Source of the DNA: an uncultured delta proteobacterium
GTDB lineage: Bacteria; Desulfobacterota; Binatia; UBA9968
Assembly: GCA_963727625.1 (NCBI GenBank)
Contig: CAVSHR010000004.1
Coordinates: forward strand, 1,120,001-1,184,000
Length of the DNA: 64,000 nucleotides
Direction: 5' to 3'
Positions 32,027-42,324 of the stretch are shown one piece after another; within the stretch, counting starts at the first letter, position 1; every line of letters starts with the position of its first letter. The notes below the pieces were generated by a model. The model was given only the letters and a program-made list of their open reading frames with translations, made no database searches and was not told the origin of the DNA. The translations under genes were made by a program, and so were the position numbers.

Positions 32027-32776
32027 TCACGAGCGTCGGCTACGGCCGGCTGTCGCACCGCCATCGAGTACGATCACGGATCCGGTAACGTAGCTTGCGG
32101 CTTCGGAGGCTAAGTAGGAAACTAAGTAGGCTACATCGGCTGGCTTGCCGTACCGTCCGATAGGAATGTGAATGGGAACCTCTTCGATTTCCTCACCTTG
32201 ACGAACCCGGTGACGGATGGACCCGGGACAAATACAGTTTACTCTCACCCCGTAAGGTCCTGCTTCCAAGGCCATGACCTTGGTCAACATTATGATTGCC
32301 GCTTTGGAGGCGGCATAGGCGCTTCCACGAGCGTAGGGGACCAGCCCGCTGATGGAGCCGATATTCACAATTGCTCCCGATTTTTGGCGTTTCATCTGTG
32401 GCAGCGCCAGCTTGCTACAGAACATCGTACCGTCGACGTTCACTCGAAATGTCTCGCTCCAGGTCTCGAGCGCATGCTCTTCAACAAGCTCCAGGGGATG
32501 CACAGCCGCATTATTGCATAGTAGATCCAACCGACCGTACATTTCGATTGACGTTTCAATCGCCTTCCGCGCGCCATCTAGGGTGCCGATATCACCGGTT
32601 ATAATTCGGACCCGGTCTTCTCCCACTGCCAGGGTCCGCTGTGCCTGGGCGCAGGCATCGCTATCCCGATCGACTACCACGACACACATTCCATCTCCGG
32701 CAAGATGGCGGACAATTTCCAATCCGATACCCGTGGCACCGCCGGTTACGACCGCTGCGCGCTTCAACTCAGCCAA
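32027..32776 (-). CDS. Short-chain dehydrogenase/reductase (SDR)
   Basis: TGGATGIG, NNAA, YAASK, VRVNCICPG and DGG motifs. Confidence 0.93.
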   Translation of the reverse strand: MAELKRAAVVTGGATGIGLEIVRHLAGDGMCVVVVDRDSDACAQAQRTLAVGEDRVRIITGDIGTLDGARKAIETSIEMYGRLDLLCNNAAVHPLELVEEHALETWSETFRVNVDGTMFCSKLALPQMKRQKSGAIVNIGSISGLVPYARGSAYAASKAAIIMLTKVMALEAGPYGVRVNCICPGSIRHRVRQGEEIEEVPIHIPIGRYGKPADVAYLVSYLASEAASYVTGSVIVLDGGATAGRSRRS

Positions 32777-33010
32777 CCTAACACCTCAAGCTTTCCCGCG
32801 AGATCCGCAAAGACCCACGTGAACGCGTGGAGCAAGGCTACCCTCGTCTTTATCTTCCATACGGATACCGACGGGAAATTGTTAAACGTAGGGATATTCC
32901 TAGACTGCGATCCGGGTTGTCTTCAGCTGAAGGAACAGCCCTCAATTGGGTGGCGGTCGAGTCCCGCCCTACCCTTAGAACTGTCGCTCATGACTGCCTC
33001 ATCAATGACG

Positions 33011-33050
33011 AGAAAAGAGAGGCCCCGCTTTGATGGCTGGGGCCTCTCTT
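33011..33050 (-). terminator. Intrinsic terminator-like hairpin after the peptide SBP gene
   Basis: 12-bp stem aagagaggcccc/ggggcctctctt followed by a T-rich tail on the minus strand. Confidence 0.7.
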
Positions 33051-33056
33051 ACAGCG

Positions 33057-34733
33057 TTACTTTGCCAGCCATGTCTTCCAGAGGCCGCCCTTGGCGTGAG
33101 TGTATTCCTGCCCCGGACCGCGCTCCCAGTTCTTCACGTTGTCGCGCCAGACGAAGTTTCGGATGTTAGGCCACCCGATCACGTAGTATGCCACGTCATC
33201 GACAAAAACCTTCTGGACCACTTTCTTCCAGATAGCCATGCGTTTGGCCCTGTCAGACTGTTCCAGGTACTGGGTAAGCAACTTTTCCAACTCAGGAGTG
33301 CAGTATTTGGAAACGTTGCTGATCCCCGGCTTACCGCCGGAACAGGAGATGTACTGCAGGTTGGCGACGAGGGGCTCGCCAACTCCACCGCCACCGTACA
33401 CGGAAACGTGAAGCTCGCCGGCGACAGTCTTCTGAATGAGCTCGGCTCCGGCCAGGTTCTGGATCGAGAACTTGATACCCGCTTCGGACGCCTGGCGAAT
33501 GATCGCCTCGGTCCAGGGGTCGCTCTGACCCCGAGTGGCTCCCAAGGTGATCGGTTTGCCTGTATACCCGGCTTCCTTCAGCAGGCGCTTTGCTTCGGCA
33601 ATGTTCCGCTTCCATTTGAAGCCGGAGGAGCTCTCCCAGTCGGTGCCTGCCGCAGCCCAGGTCAGCACAGGAACGCCGAACCCAAAGGTGGCCTCCTTCA
33701 GGATCTCGTCCTGGTCCAAGGACAGGGCGATTGCCTTGCGCACCCGAGGGTCTGACGTCGGAGCCAATTGGGTGTTAAAGACCAATTGCCTGAGTCCGGC
33801 GGTACCGATGGGCATGTAGTGCAAGCCCTTGAGCGCACCGCTTTTTATGCGCTGAACGAAGGTTGGCCCCAAGCGCTCAGTCAAGTCGATGTCCCCTGCC
33901 TGGATGGCGGCGGCCCTGGAAGCGCTCTGGCTGATGACCCGGAACCGGACACCGTCGAGGTAAGGAGCGCCGCCCCAATAGTCGTCATTGCGGACAACAT
34001 CGAATTCCTGCCCGGGGATCCATGCTTTGAATTTGAAGGGGCCGGTACCGGGGGGTGGGGTGCCGCCCTTCATCTTCAGCTGGCCAGGTGCTACGGACTC
34101 CATCGGTGCAATGTGCAAGATGGCCGTGTCGGCAAGAAGCTCAGGTAGCAGACCGCGGGGGCCGCGCAAAGTGAACTTCACAGTATATTTGTCCAAGGCG
34201 ACGACGTCTTTAACATTGCTCGATAACTGGCCCTGACCAGCTGCGCCGTTGGCGGGGTCCATGATGTGCTTGGCGGACCAGACCACGTCACTTGCTGTCA
34301 GTTCCTTACCGTTGTGGAACTTTACTCCCCGGCGAATTTTGAATGTCCACTCGCTCGAGTTTTTGTTCGGTGTCCAGCTTTCCGCGAGCCAAGGATGAAT
34401 ATCGCCCTTCTGGTCGTACATGACCAAAGGTTCATAGACGTTGTCTTTCACGTATTGGGCAATAGAGGTGTAGGAAACGAAAGGGATGGGCGTCCCAATG
34501 CCCTTAACGATTCCAAAATTGAGCGTACCGCCCTTGCGGGGCTTGCCCGCCGCCAAAGGTTGAGAAGTCGCGGCGGCTAAAAGGCGGGTCGCTGGAGCGG
34601 AGGCCGACTGTGCTCCCGCTGCGCGTGCGGTTAGGGTGGTGCCGCTATCATAGGCAGCTACAAGGCCTAAAAACAAAAACGCCGACGCAGCAAATGATCC
34701 GCGTCCGATACCTTTCAAAAACCAGTATTTCAT
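33057..34733 (-). CDS. ABC transporter substrate-binding protein, peptide/nickel family 5
   Basis: GGTL, PWLAESW, WTFKIRRGVKFHNG, GTGPFKF, RNDDYW and DPRVRKAI motifs. Confidence 0.93.
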   Translation of the reverse strand: MKYWFLKGIGRGSFAASAFLFLGLVAAYDSGTTLTARAAGAQSASAPATRLLAAATSQPLAAGKPRKGGTLNFGIVKGIGTPIPFVSYTSIAQYVKDNVYEPLVMYDQKGDIHPWLAESWTPNKNSSEWTFKIRRGVKFHNGKELTASDVVWSAKHIMDPANGAAGQGQLSSNVKDVVALDKYTVKFTLRGPRGLLPELLADTAILHIAPMESVAPGQLKMKGGTPPPGTGPFKFKAWIPGQEFDVVRNDDYWGGAPYLDGVRFRVISQSASRAAAIQAGDIDLTERLGPTFVQRIKSGALKGLHYMPIGTAGLRQLVFNTQLAPTSDPRVRKAIALSLDQDEILKEATFGFGVPVLTWAAAGTDWESSSGFKWKRNIAEAKRLLKEAGYTGKPITLGATRGQSDPWTEAIIRQASEAGIKFSIQNLAGAELIQKTVAGELHVSVYGGGGVGEPLVANLQYISCSGGKPGISNVSKYCTPELEKLLTQYLEQSDRAKRMAIWKKVVQKVFVDDVAYYVIGWPNIRNFVWRDNVKNWERGPGQEYTHAKGGLWKTWLAK

Positions 34734-35532
34734 CGTGCTACGTCCTCCTCTTCTATGACTCTGCTTCTATAATAATTCCGGGCTGCCAGCATCTAGACGC
34801 CGGCGGATACCCGACTGGCAATGACCCTCGACCCAATGGGGCCGACGAGGACATCTCGCGTCGGTAGGCCGATTCCTCCGTTGCCGAGACAACCAACTCA
34901 CTACGCCGACGAGATCTTAGATTTTCACCGTCAAGAAGTGTCAGGACGTTAGCACCGCAGCGAGAAGAGTGTCAAGATCTTTCTCGGGTGCAGCGATTCC
35001 GCGTCGGCAACTGAAAGTATTTGAAAAACTCTGCGCATGAGCATGTGCGAACATAGCTCTCAAGCTCTCCGGAATTTCTTTGCAAAGGTAAGACCTCAGG
35101 GCTGCAGGGCCAGCAGTCCCTGTCCCCCACAGAAGTGGAATGCTTCAACTACAAGCAAAAGAACCAGGTAAGCGTCCTGATCGTGCTCAAGCCGTGGCAC
35201 ACCAGCAATACGATGAGCGGCGAGATCCTGCCAGCCAAAAAAGGTTCTAGAAAAATCGCGACTGGCGGCGACATCGACGAATTGGGAAGAAAAAATATGG
35301 CCCATAAACGAATCAAAAAATGATCTGAAACAAAAACAAAGCAAATAGTAAATCGGGAGCTTGTCATACATCGGGTCTCGTTGTAGCATTCGGCAACCTT
35401 CAGCGGGCAAACTCAAAATGCGCTAATCTTTCCCGGAACGGTCCCCGTGCGCAAGGGGTCCGCCCGGTCGATAGTGCTTGATTTCTGTCACCGCATCGGG
35501 TTCCAGTCGGTATTGGTCAGGAGGATTCGGCG

Positions 35533-36492
35533 ATGCTCGTACGGTACGCCGCGTTGCGGCTCGTGCAATTGGTCCCTATGGTCCTGGTTGTCACGATGGT
35601 CGTCTTTTTCGTCATGATGATTGTCCCTGGGGACCCGGTCATGGTGATGCTGGGCGCGGTGGATGGGGCGCAGATTTCACAAGAAGTCTATGACGCGATG
35701 CGCGTGCGGTTGGGATTGGACCAACCCCTCATCGTCCAATATGCCCACTGGCTGTGGAATATGCTTCAGGGAGACTTGGGCAGCTCGATTACCTACCGGA
35801 CGGCAGCCCTGGACGTCATCCTTCACCGCCTGGTCCCAACCATGTACCTCATGGTTGGGGGCCTGGTAATGGCAGTTGTCATTGCCGTACCCGCAGGCGT
35901 GCTGGCAGCCATTCACAACAACACCAAATGGGACCACCTGGCCACAGGATTTGTGATCTTCGGCATCTCGGTGCCGACCTTTTGGCTGGCCCTGGTAGCG
36001 ATCCTGATTTTTGCGGTGTACCTTGGCTGGCTCCCCTCGATTGGGTATACGCCCCCACAAGTAGACTTCGTGGATTTTTTAAGACATATCACCTTACCAA
36101 TGACCGTGGTGGCCTTGAACATTGCCGCCACGGTTTTACGATTCCAGCGGCAGGACTTCCTTGAACAAATGCATCAGGATTACGTTCGGACCGCAAGGGC
36201 GAAGGGACTGAGCGAGAGGGTGGTCCTGTGGAAGCACGTGCTGGGCAACTCGCTCATAACGACGTTAACGGTGGTGGGCCTGCACATGGCCTACCTCAGC
36301 GGACTGATCACCATTGTTGAGACTGTTTTCAACTATCCCGGCATTGGCTATCTGCTGTTGAATTCCATAAACACCCGGGATTTCGTTGTCGTCCAAGATG
36401 TGGTCCTGTTCATGGTCTTTCTCGTCATCGTGGTCAACCTAGTCGTTGATATTCTCTACGCGGTGCTCGACCCTCGGGTCCGCTACCAATAA
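35533..36492 (+). CDS. Peptide/nickel ABC transporter permease (DppB-like)
   Basis: PGDP, LGLDQP, GDLG, DYVRTARAKG and LDPR motifs. Confidence 0.93.
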   Translation: MLVRYAALRLVQLVPMVLVVTMVVFFVMMIVPGDPVMVMLGAVDGAQISQEVYDAMRVRLGLDQPLIVQYAHWLWNMLQGDLGSSITYRTAALDVILHRLVPTMYLMVGGLVMAVVIAVPAGVLAAIHNNTKWDHLATGFVIFGISVPTFWLALVAILIFAVYLGWLPSIGYTPPQVDFVDFLRHITLPMTVVALNIAATVLRFQRQDFLEQMHQDYVRTARAKGLSERVVLWKHVLGNSLITTLTVVGLHMAYLSGLITIVETVFNYPGIGYLLLNSINTRDFVVVQDVVLFMVFLVIVVNLVVDILYAVLDPRVRYQ

Positions 36493-36508
36493 TGAAAGAT
36501 GGATCGTA

Positions 36509-37426
36509 ATGGAAGCTCGAGCCACCGATGACTCCTCACCTTTCGGACGTTCAGCTGCGCGCTCATTAAGCGTTGCGCGCACCATCATCGCGTTCGCTCG
36601 CAGCGACCGGCGTGCCATGGTGGGCGGCATTATACTCATCCTCTACGTTCTCGTTGCCCTGGTGGGGCCAAGCATCACTCCCTACGATTCGAATTCGCCC
36701 GACCTTGCCGTGCGAATGCAAGCCCCGAGCTGGGCGCGGTGGATGGGAACGGACCGCATCGGCAGAGATGTCCTGACCCGTATCATCGCCGGGTCTCAGG
36801 TCAGCTTGCAGGTGGCGGCCGGAGCAGTCCTCATGGCGCTGATCCTGGGCGTTCCACTGGGTGCTTTGGGCAGCTACTTTGGCGGGACGCTTGATTTGCT
36901 GGTTCAGCGAGTGATGGACGGCATTATGGCCTTCCCATCTCTGGTGCTTGCAATGGCGTTGGTGGCGTTGGCCAAACCCAGCGTCTTTATTCTGTGGTTC
37001 GCCATTGCCTTCAGCTCCGTTCCCCGCTACGCGCGCCTGGTCAGAAGCGGAGTGCTGACGCAGAAAAAGCGGGAGTATGTGGATGCGGCTCGGGCCCTGG
37101 GACAACATCCTATGCGCATCTTGGTAAGGCAGATACTGCCGAACATTATGGCACCCATCGCGGTACAATTGACGCTGGACTTTGCCCGGGCCATCAGCGT
37201 GGAAGCGGCCCTTAGCTACCTCGGCCTTGGACTCTCTACGCCCTATATCAGTTGGGGCACGATGATCAAGGAAGCCCAAGACTTTCTCGTGGTAGCACCT
37301 TGGTTGGCTATTTTCCCTGGACTGGTCTTGGCGGGAGTCATCCTGGCCTTCAGCTTGGTGGGTGACGCCCTGCGGGACCGCATGGACCCGCGCATGCGCA
37401 GAAGCTTGAGTAGACGACCGGTCTAG
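36509..37426 (+). CDS. Peptide/nickel ABC transporter permease (DppC-like)
   Basis: MGTDRIGRDV, EYVDAARALG, LSYLGLG, SWG and GDALRDRMDPR motifs. Confidence 0.93.
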   Translation: MEARATDDSSPFGRSAARSLSVARTIIAFARSDRRAMVGGIILILYVLVALVGPSITPYDSNSPDLAVRMQAPSWARWMGTDRIGRDVLTRIIAGSQVSLQVAAGAVLMALILGVPLGALGSYFGGTLDLLVQRVMDGIMAFPSLVLAMALVALAKPSVFILWFAIAFSSVPRYARLVRSGVLTQKKREYVDAARALGQHPMRILVRQILPNIMAPIAVQLTLDFARAISVEAALSYLGLGLSTPYISWGTMIKEAQDFLVVAPWLAIFPGLVLAGVILAFSLVGDALRDRMDPRMRRSLSRRPV

Positions 37427-37544
37427 GCATCAAAGAGGGCGGCACTTTCAGATCACAGTTGTAGCCACCAGCCTGGAAGCCGAAGAAAGTTGGAGATTCC
37501 CTTAGCCGGTCATAACCGAGGATGATTTTCGACAAGGAGGAACT

Positions 37545-37964
37545 ATGGGCATCGAAGCAATTGATCACTGGGTCCTCGTGGTCAAGGACTTGGAACAGAC
37601 TTTCGCTTTCTACCGAAAGCTCGGCCTTGACGCCGGTTGGCAAGAGCGTCCCGGCGGGCGGGGGATCCGTCCCATCATCCGCATCAGCGAGACGCAGAAA
37701 CTGAACCTTTACGTGGTTGATCGATACGAGATCGAGAGTCCGACCTTCGCCCCTGGCTACGCGACGGGGTCAGCGGATTTTTGCCTGCGGTGGGAAGGAA
37801 CCGTGCAAGAGGCGCAGGACTTCCTCAAGCAGGCCGGAGTTCCGGTACTCCACGAGCCCGCCGCCCGCTCGGGTTCCCAGGGCCCGGCGACCAGTCTGTA
37901 CGTGCGTGACCCCGATGACAACCTGATCGAGCTGATGATCTACGGGGACCCCGCGTACCAATAG
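37545..37964 (+). CDS. VOC/glyoxalase family protein
   Basis: IDHWVLVVKD, FYRKLG, GSADFC and SLYVRDPDDNLIE motifs; AAGGAGG RBS. Confidence 0.9.
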   Translation: MGIEAIDHWVLVVKDLEQTFAFYRKLGLDAGWQERPGGRGIRPIIRISETQKLNLYVVDRYEIESPTFAPGYATGSADFCLRWEGTVQEAQDFLKQAGVPVLHEPAARSGSQGPATSLYVRDPDDNLIELMIYGDPAYQ

Positions 37965-38085
37965 CAAGAACAAACATTCCACCATCAATGCGCCCAGTGG
38001 CATTCGGCTAGTTCTGCTAACCAGTGCGGAACCATACAACCCCAAGCGGTGAGTAGCGAGCCCTAGCTAAAATTACTCGCGGGCG

Positions 38086-39300
38086 CTAAGCACCAGGCTT
38101 CGCAGTTTCAGGCTGCGGGCCAACGGTGATAGGACCTGGCTGATACAGCGGCTGGTTGATTTGCGACTTGTCCACATCGAGTTTGTAAAGCCCGATGGCG
38201 TTGTCCATCAGGATCCTTTTACGGTCATCCACCGATACCACGTCCTGAAGTGAGTGAGTCCGGCACCAGACCGACTTGGGCCAAGTGGTCGTGCCGTGTG
38301 GGTAATCGGTGGAGTACATAATCTTGTCGACACCAATCTCATCACGGCTTCTGATCCCATGGCGCTCATGCCAGAAGGTGCTCCACATGTTGGACCGGAA
38401 AGTCTCACTGGGTTTCTTAGTGAGCGTGGTGTTTTTGGCGACCCTGCGCTCGTCAAACTCATGGTCCAGCTCTTCCAGCAGGTACGGCAGCCATCCCACT
38501 CCGCTCTCGACACTGATCGTTTTGAGCTTGGGAAACTTTTCAAACACGCCCGAATAGAGGATGTTGGACACGATCTCCATGTGGCTCACAAAGGTCATGG
38601 AAACCTGCAAAGCGGTCCTCGCGCCTCCCTGCAAGGACTCCCAGGCCGGCAAGGCCGGTAAGGCGGTCGAGTGCAAGCACAGGGGCACATCAAGGTCGCA
38701 GCACGCTTGGAAGACCGGGTACCAATAGGGATCGTTGAAATATTTTAGCCCGAGGACGTGCGGGGCACCGTGCCAGGCCAGCGCTCTGTGGCCGCGCTTA
38801 ACGGCGCGATGGATCTCGGCAACGCATAACTCCACGTCCCACATGGGGGTCACGCACTGAGCGATGAACCTCGGTGAGTAGTCTTGCCACTCTTCGATGA
38901 GCCAGTCGTTGTATGCGCGAATACAGGCCAGACGAAACTCTTCGCTGCCCTCTTTCTGAAAATTCTGATTGGTTATCCCAATGATGTTGGGGAAGAGCAC
39001 CGAAGCATCCACTTCCTCTTGGTCGAGAATTTTCAAACGCTCGCAAGCGACGTACGTGGAAGGGGGCACTTCGTTCCAATTCCGCACCTTTGCTTTCACA
39101 CCGGCGATGCGGGCCAGGCCGCCAAATCCTTGCGCGTTCCGGCCCAAGGCCCAGGTCTGGCTGCCGTCTGGCAGGTCTACGATGTGAGGAATGTCATCGC
39201 CAAACTTGGCTTTGGACATTCTCTTCGTCCAAACATCGGGGGCTTCTTGGACATGATCATCAGCGGAAATGACGCCATACTTCATCATCAGCGTTGCCAT
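38086..39300 (-). CDS. Amidohydrolase_2 family protein
   Basis: ISADDH, VLFPN, AYNDW, CLH, VESGVGW and YSTDYPH motifs. Confidence 0.9.
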   Translation of the reverse strand: MATLMMKYGVISADDHVQEAPDVWTKRMSKAKFGDDIPHIVDLPDGSQTWALGRNAQGFGGLARIAGVKAKVRNWNEVPPSTYVACERLKILDQEEVDASVLFPNIIGITNQNFQKEGSEEFRLACIRAYNDWLIEEWQDYSPRFIAQCVTPMWDVELCVAEIHRAVKRGHRALAWHGAPHVLGLKYFNDPYWYPVFQACCDLDVPLCLHSTALPALPAWESLQGGARTALQVSMTFVSHMEIVSNILYSGVFEKFPKLKTISVESGVGWLPYLLEELDHEFDERRVAKNTTLTKKPSETFRSNMWSTFWHERHGIRSRDEIGVDKIMYSTDYPHGTTTWPKSVWCRTHSLQDVVSVDDRKRILMDNAIGLYKLDVDKSQINQPLYQPGPITVGPQPETAKPGA

Positions 39301-39463
39301 AGGATCTCCTTGCGGTCTTGTTGAGCCCAATTTGCCAGGATCGCCATGTCAGCACAACACTTCATAGGTCCAGTTTTTTTCAGTGGGACAAAATCGACGA
39401 ATCAAGTGGGCCGGTTGACGTCGCAGGCAACGTGATGCTAAGGGCTTTCTGGAGGAGTCATTC

Positions 39464-40651
39464 ATGGCACGTCATTACCGATACATTTCGGCCGATAGCC
39501 ACTTTGAGTCGCCGCCGGAGCAATGGACGCACCGGGTCCCCAAACGATATCGCGATCGCGCACCACGGCGGATCAAGCTTGCCAACGGTCACGATGGATT
39601 GTTGCTCGAAGGCTCTCGCCTGATCTATGGGGGAACCAGTCTCTATGGTGGACAAGCGCCCGAAACTTTCGATCCTACGATTATGGATTTCGACCGGACG
39701 CCAGGTTGTGGCTCGGCTGAGCAGCGTTTGCGCGAGCAAGACAAAGACGGGATCGACGCGGAGGTTCTTTTCGCGCTGGATGTGCGAAATTCGGCGATTC
39801 GCGATAAGTCCGCGCTTCTCGCGATCGTCAACGGCTTCAATCAGTACATGGCGGAGGAGTATTGTGCGGTGGATTGCGACCGGCTGATAGGTGTGGCCGT
39901 CTTGCCCAACGTCGGCGCCGAGCAAGATATCGCGGAGATGGAATCCTCCAAGCGAATGGGACTCAAGGCGGCGTGGCTTCGGACCTATCCAAGTGGGAAG
40001 AGTTATCCGACTCCGGAAGACGATCGCTTCTGGGCGGCGGCTCTGGATCTGGACATGCCCCTGGTTGTGCATACTTCGTTTCCGGCTCACGTTGGCTCGC
40101 GAGAAACTCCGCTATTCAAATATCCGCGGGAACCCGAGGGTGAACAGCAGCCACCGACGGACTTCGTGCAGCGGCTTGCGCGCCAGGGTCCGTTCCATAC
40201 CGGTTCCGTCGAAGCGAGTCAATTGGTCGTTGCCGGCGTTTTTGATCGGTTTCCGAAACTCCAAATTTACTGGGCGGAAAACAACGTGGGGTGGATTCCC
40301 TACTTTTACGAGCAGATGGACCATGAATATACCGTCAACCGATTTTGGGCAGAGCGCCACCTTGGCCTTCCCAAACTGAAGCGTCTGCCCAGCGAATATC
40401 TCCGGGAACACGCGTACTGGGGCTTTTTCGAAGACCATGTCGGCGTGCGACTGCGTCATGAAGTGGGCGTCGATCGCATGATGTGGTCTACGGATTTTCC
40501 GCATGTCGTGACCCGATGGCCTCAATCGCTCAAAATCCTGGAGTCGCAGATGCGGGAGGTGCCGGAAGACGAGCAGAAAAAAATGGTCGCCGGCAATGCC
40601 GTCAATTTTTTTCGCCTCGAACATAAACCGGACCCGGCCTGGCATAAATGA
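39464..40651 (+). CDS. Amidohydrolase_2 family protein, subtype A (paralogue of 49711)
   Basis: ISADSHFE, RDRAPRRIKL, EQDKDGIDAE, WAENNVGWIPY and WSTDFPH motifs. Confidence 0.9.
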   Translation: MARHYRYISADSHFESPPEQWTHRVPKRYRDRAPRRIKLANGHDGLLLEGSRLIYGGTSLYGGQAPETFDPTIMDFDRTPGCGSAEQRLREQDKDGIDAEVLFALDVRNSAIRDKSALLAIVNGFNQYMAEEYCAVDCDRLIGVAVLPNVGAEQDIAEMESSKRMGLKAAWLRTYPSGKSYPTPEDDRFWAAALDLDMPLVVHTSFPAHVGSRETPLFKYPREPEGEQQPPTDFVQRLARQGPFHTGSVEASQLVVAGVFDRFPKLQIYWAENNVGWIPYFYEQMDHEYTVNRFWAERHLGLPKLKRLPSEYLREHAYWGFFEDHVGVRLRHEVGVDRMMWSTDFPHVVTRWPQSLKILESQMREVPEDEQKKMVAGNAVNFFRLEHKPDPAWHK

Positions 40652-40669
40652 CGCGCAGGCGAGTGCGCA

Positions 40670-40879
40670 GATGAACCGCTTGAATGCCAGATTGCTTTTA
40701 CTTATTGGCGACGGCGCGCTGATGCTGATCGCAAGCGTGGACACCACCTCGGCACAGGGCGCGGCCGAACCAGACGTTCAGTACTTCAATGGTAAGACGA
40801 TGCGCGTGATCGTCAATTACGAACCGGAAGCTGCGCAGATCTGTTCGGAGGGTTGATCGCCACGCACCTCCCTAATGAC
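40670..40879 (+). pseudogene. Truncated, frameshifted TctC/Bug substrate-binding protein fragment
   Basis: Signal peptide, YFNGKTMRVIVNYEP, then shifted ADLFGGLIATHLP, ending where the duplicated aldolase segment begins. Confidence 0.6.
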
Positions 40880-41928
40880 CGTTTATGACGCCGCTTTCAC
40901 CTTACTTGTTTCCGCCTGCACCAAGGGGCGGTACTTGTCGCAAAGTTTCGTCCATCCCTCAGCCTTCTTCTTAGCCCGCTCAAGAGCACTCTCTGAAAAC
41001 TTTACGATCGGTGTTCGGGCCGGCCCTGGCTTCACGTAGCCGGCAAACTCGATAGGAAGCTTAGCGGTGGCTCCCTCATTTCCGCCAGGCCGTTCCCCAC
41101 CGGCCGCACTCATGATTTCAGTAATCACCTGGAGCGCTTCGTGATCTTTCCCCGCCCGCACCAGATTTCGTAGATGAAGCACCGGCCACGGTCCCATCCA
41201 AGCATCGATCGACCAGCAACCCGACGATCCCATTCTATAATAGGGAAACATCTGGGCTTGATTGGTCATGACGCTGATTTTACCGCGGATGATTCCCATC
41301 AGCCGGACAAACTCCCGTGTGTCGCGGTGGCTGTCCTTCATACCTATGATGTTCGGATATTTCACCAGCCTGGGGAACACCGAGACGGGAATTTTGACCT
41401 TATGATTGACAGGGTTGTGGTAGATCAAAATTCCTAGCTTGGGAAACATTTCGGCGATCTGCGAGTAGAAGTCGGCAATATAGTCCGGAGATTGAGCATC
41501 ATAGTATGGCACGCCAAGCAACGTGCCGTCGCCCCCGATGTCTTGAACGAATTTGAGCCGTTGGACCACTTCCCGGGCGTTGGCACTCGTGCTGCCGATA
41601 AAGACCGGTACGCGTTTCTTGGCAGCCTCCACCGTGGCGGACGCAATCGTCTTATATTCGTCCCAAAACACGTTGTAGCATTCGCCGAAGCTTCCCGTCG
41701 TCGTAATCACATCGACACCGTCTTTAATCATGCGGTCCACCCCGGCCTGCAGATTATCAACGGCAACCGTCGATGTCGCATTGAGATCGCCGGCGTCGTC
41801 CGTTGAGAATGACGGCATCATCGCCATCACCCCTTGCACATCTTTCGCTGTTACCATTGCGCTCCTCCTATAAACTTAAACTTGGTCGACCAGCTCCGAC
41901 TTACCACCGTGTCGTTCAATTGGTCAAC
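40880..41928. repeat. Direct repeat copy 1 (1049 bp): aldolase gene plus upstream region
   Basis: Matches 52329-53377; I see only two substitutions. Confidence 0.93.
40883..41857 (-). CDS. DHDPS/NAL-family hydratase-aldolase, NahE/PhdJ-like
   Basis: N-terminus TAKDVQGVMAMMPSFSTDDA resembles NahE; GSFGE (GxxGE) motif; GTLLGVP; IYHNP; Schiff-base Lys in GMKDS. Confidence 0.85.
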   Translation of the reverse strand: MVTAKDVQGVMAMMPSFSTDDAGDLNATSTVAVDNLQAGVDRMIKDGVDVITTTGSFGECYNVFWDEYKTIASATVEAAKKRVPVFIGSTSANAREVVQRLKFVQDIGGDGTLLGVPYYDAQSPDYIADFYSQIAEMFPKLGILIYHNPVNHKVKIPVSVFPRLVKYPNIIGMKDSHRDTREFVRLMGIIRGKISVMTNQAQMFPYYRMGSSGCWSIDAWMGPWPVLHLRNLVRAGKDHEALQVITEIMSAAGGERPGGNEGATAKLPIEFAGYVKPGPARTPIVKFSESALERAKKKAEGWTKLCDKYRPLVQAETSKVKAAS

Positions 41929-42324
41929 CTATGCCTGCTGTTTAAGGCCTCTCAAACTGTCGTGGTCAGCGGCGGTAAGTTTTTAATCAATGGGTAATCA
42001 GAGCTGGCAGCATCGCGCGGCTTGGCCATTCCACGTTCATAACACCCTCGAACAAGCCGGCGAGAATGAGCGCCTTCAGCAACGCGCGAACGGTCGCCCA
42101 TAAATACAGTAATGGCGTTGCGTCGCAACGGACCAGCGCAAACACAAAGCAAAACCGACTGAGACCCCGCGTCGCGAGGATACTTATTTCGACCGGTGAA
42201 TTTGACAAAAACCATCGCACTTGCTAGGTGCAGCGTTAGGATCGCAAACGACCGGATAAAAAGAATCCGTTTTAATCACAACGGCAGCCACGAGGAAATC
42301 AGCTCTCGCGCTGGATCGACACTA

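Noticed and set aside
32780-32992. ATG with a GAGG RBS between the terminator and the SDR gene
   Set aside because: The frame closes after about 22 codons and I could not assign the remnant.
35096-35416. Short ORFs in the gap between the SBP and dppB
   Set aside because: No family signal recognised; may be a decayed fragment and needs BLASTx.
36272-36280. tggtgggcc matching the tRNA 3' end as a possible attL
   Set aside because: Only 9 bp and inside an intact permease gene, so expected by chance.
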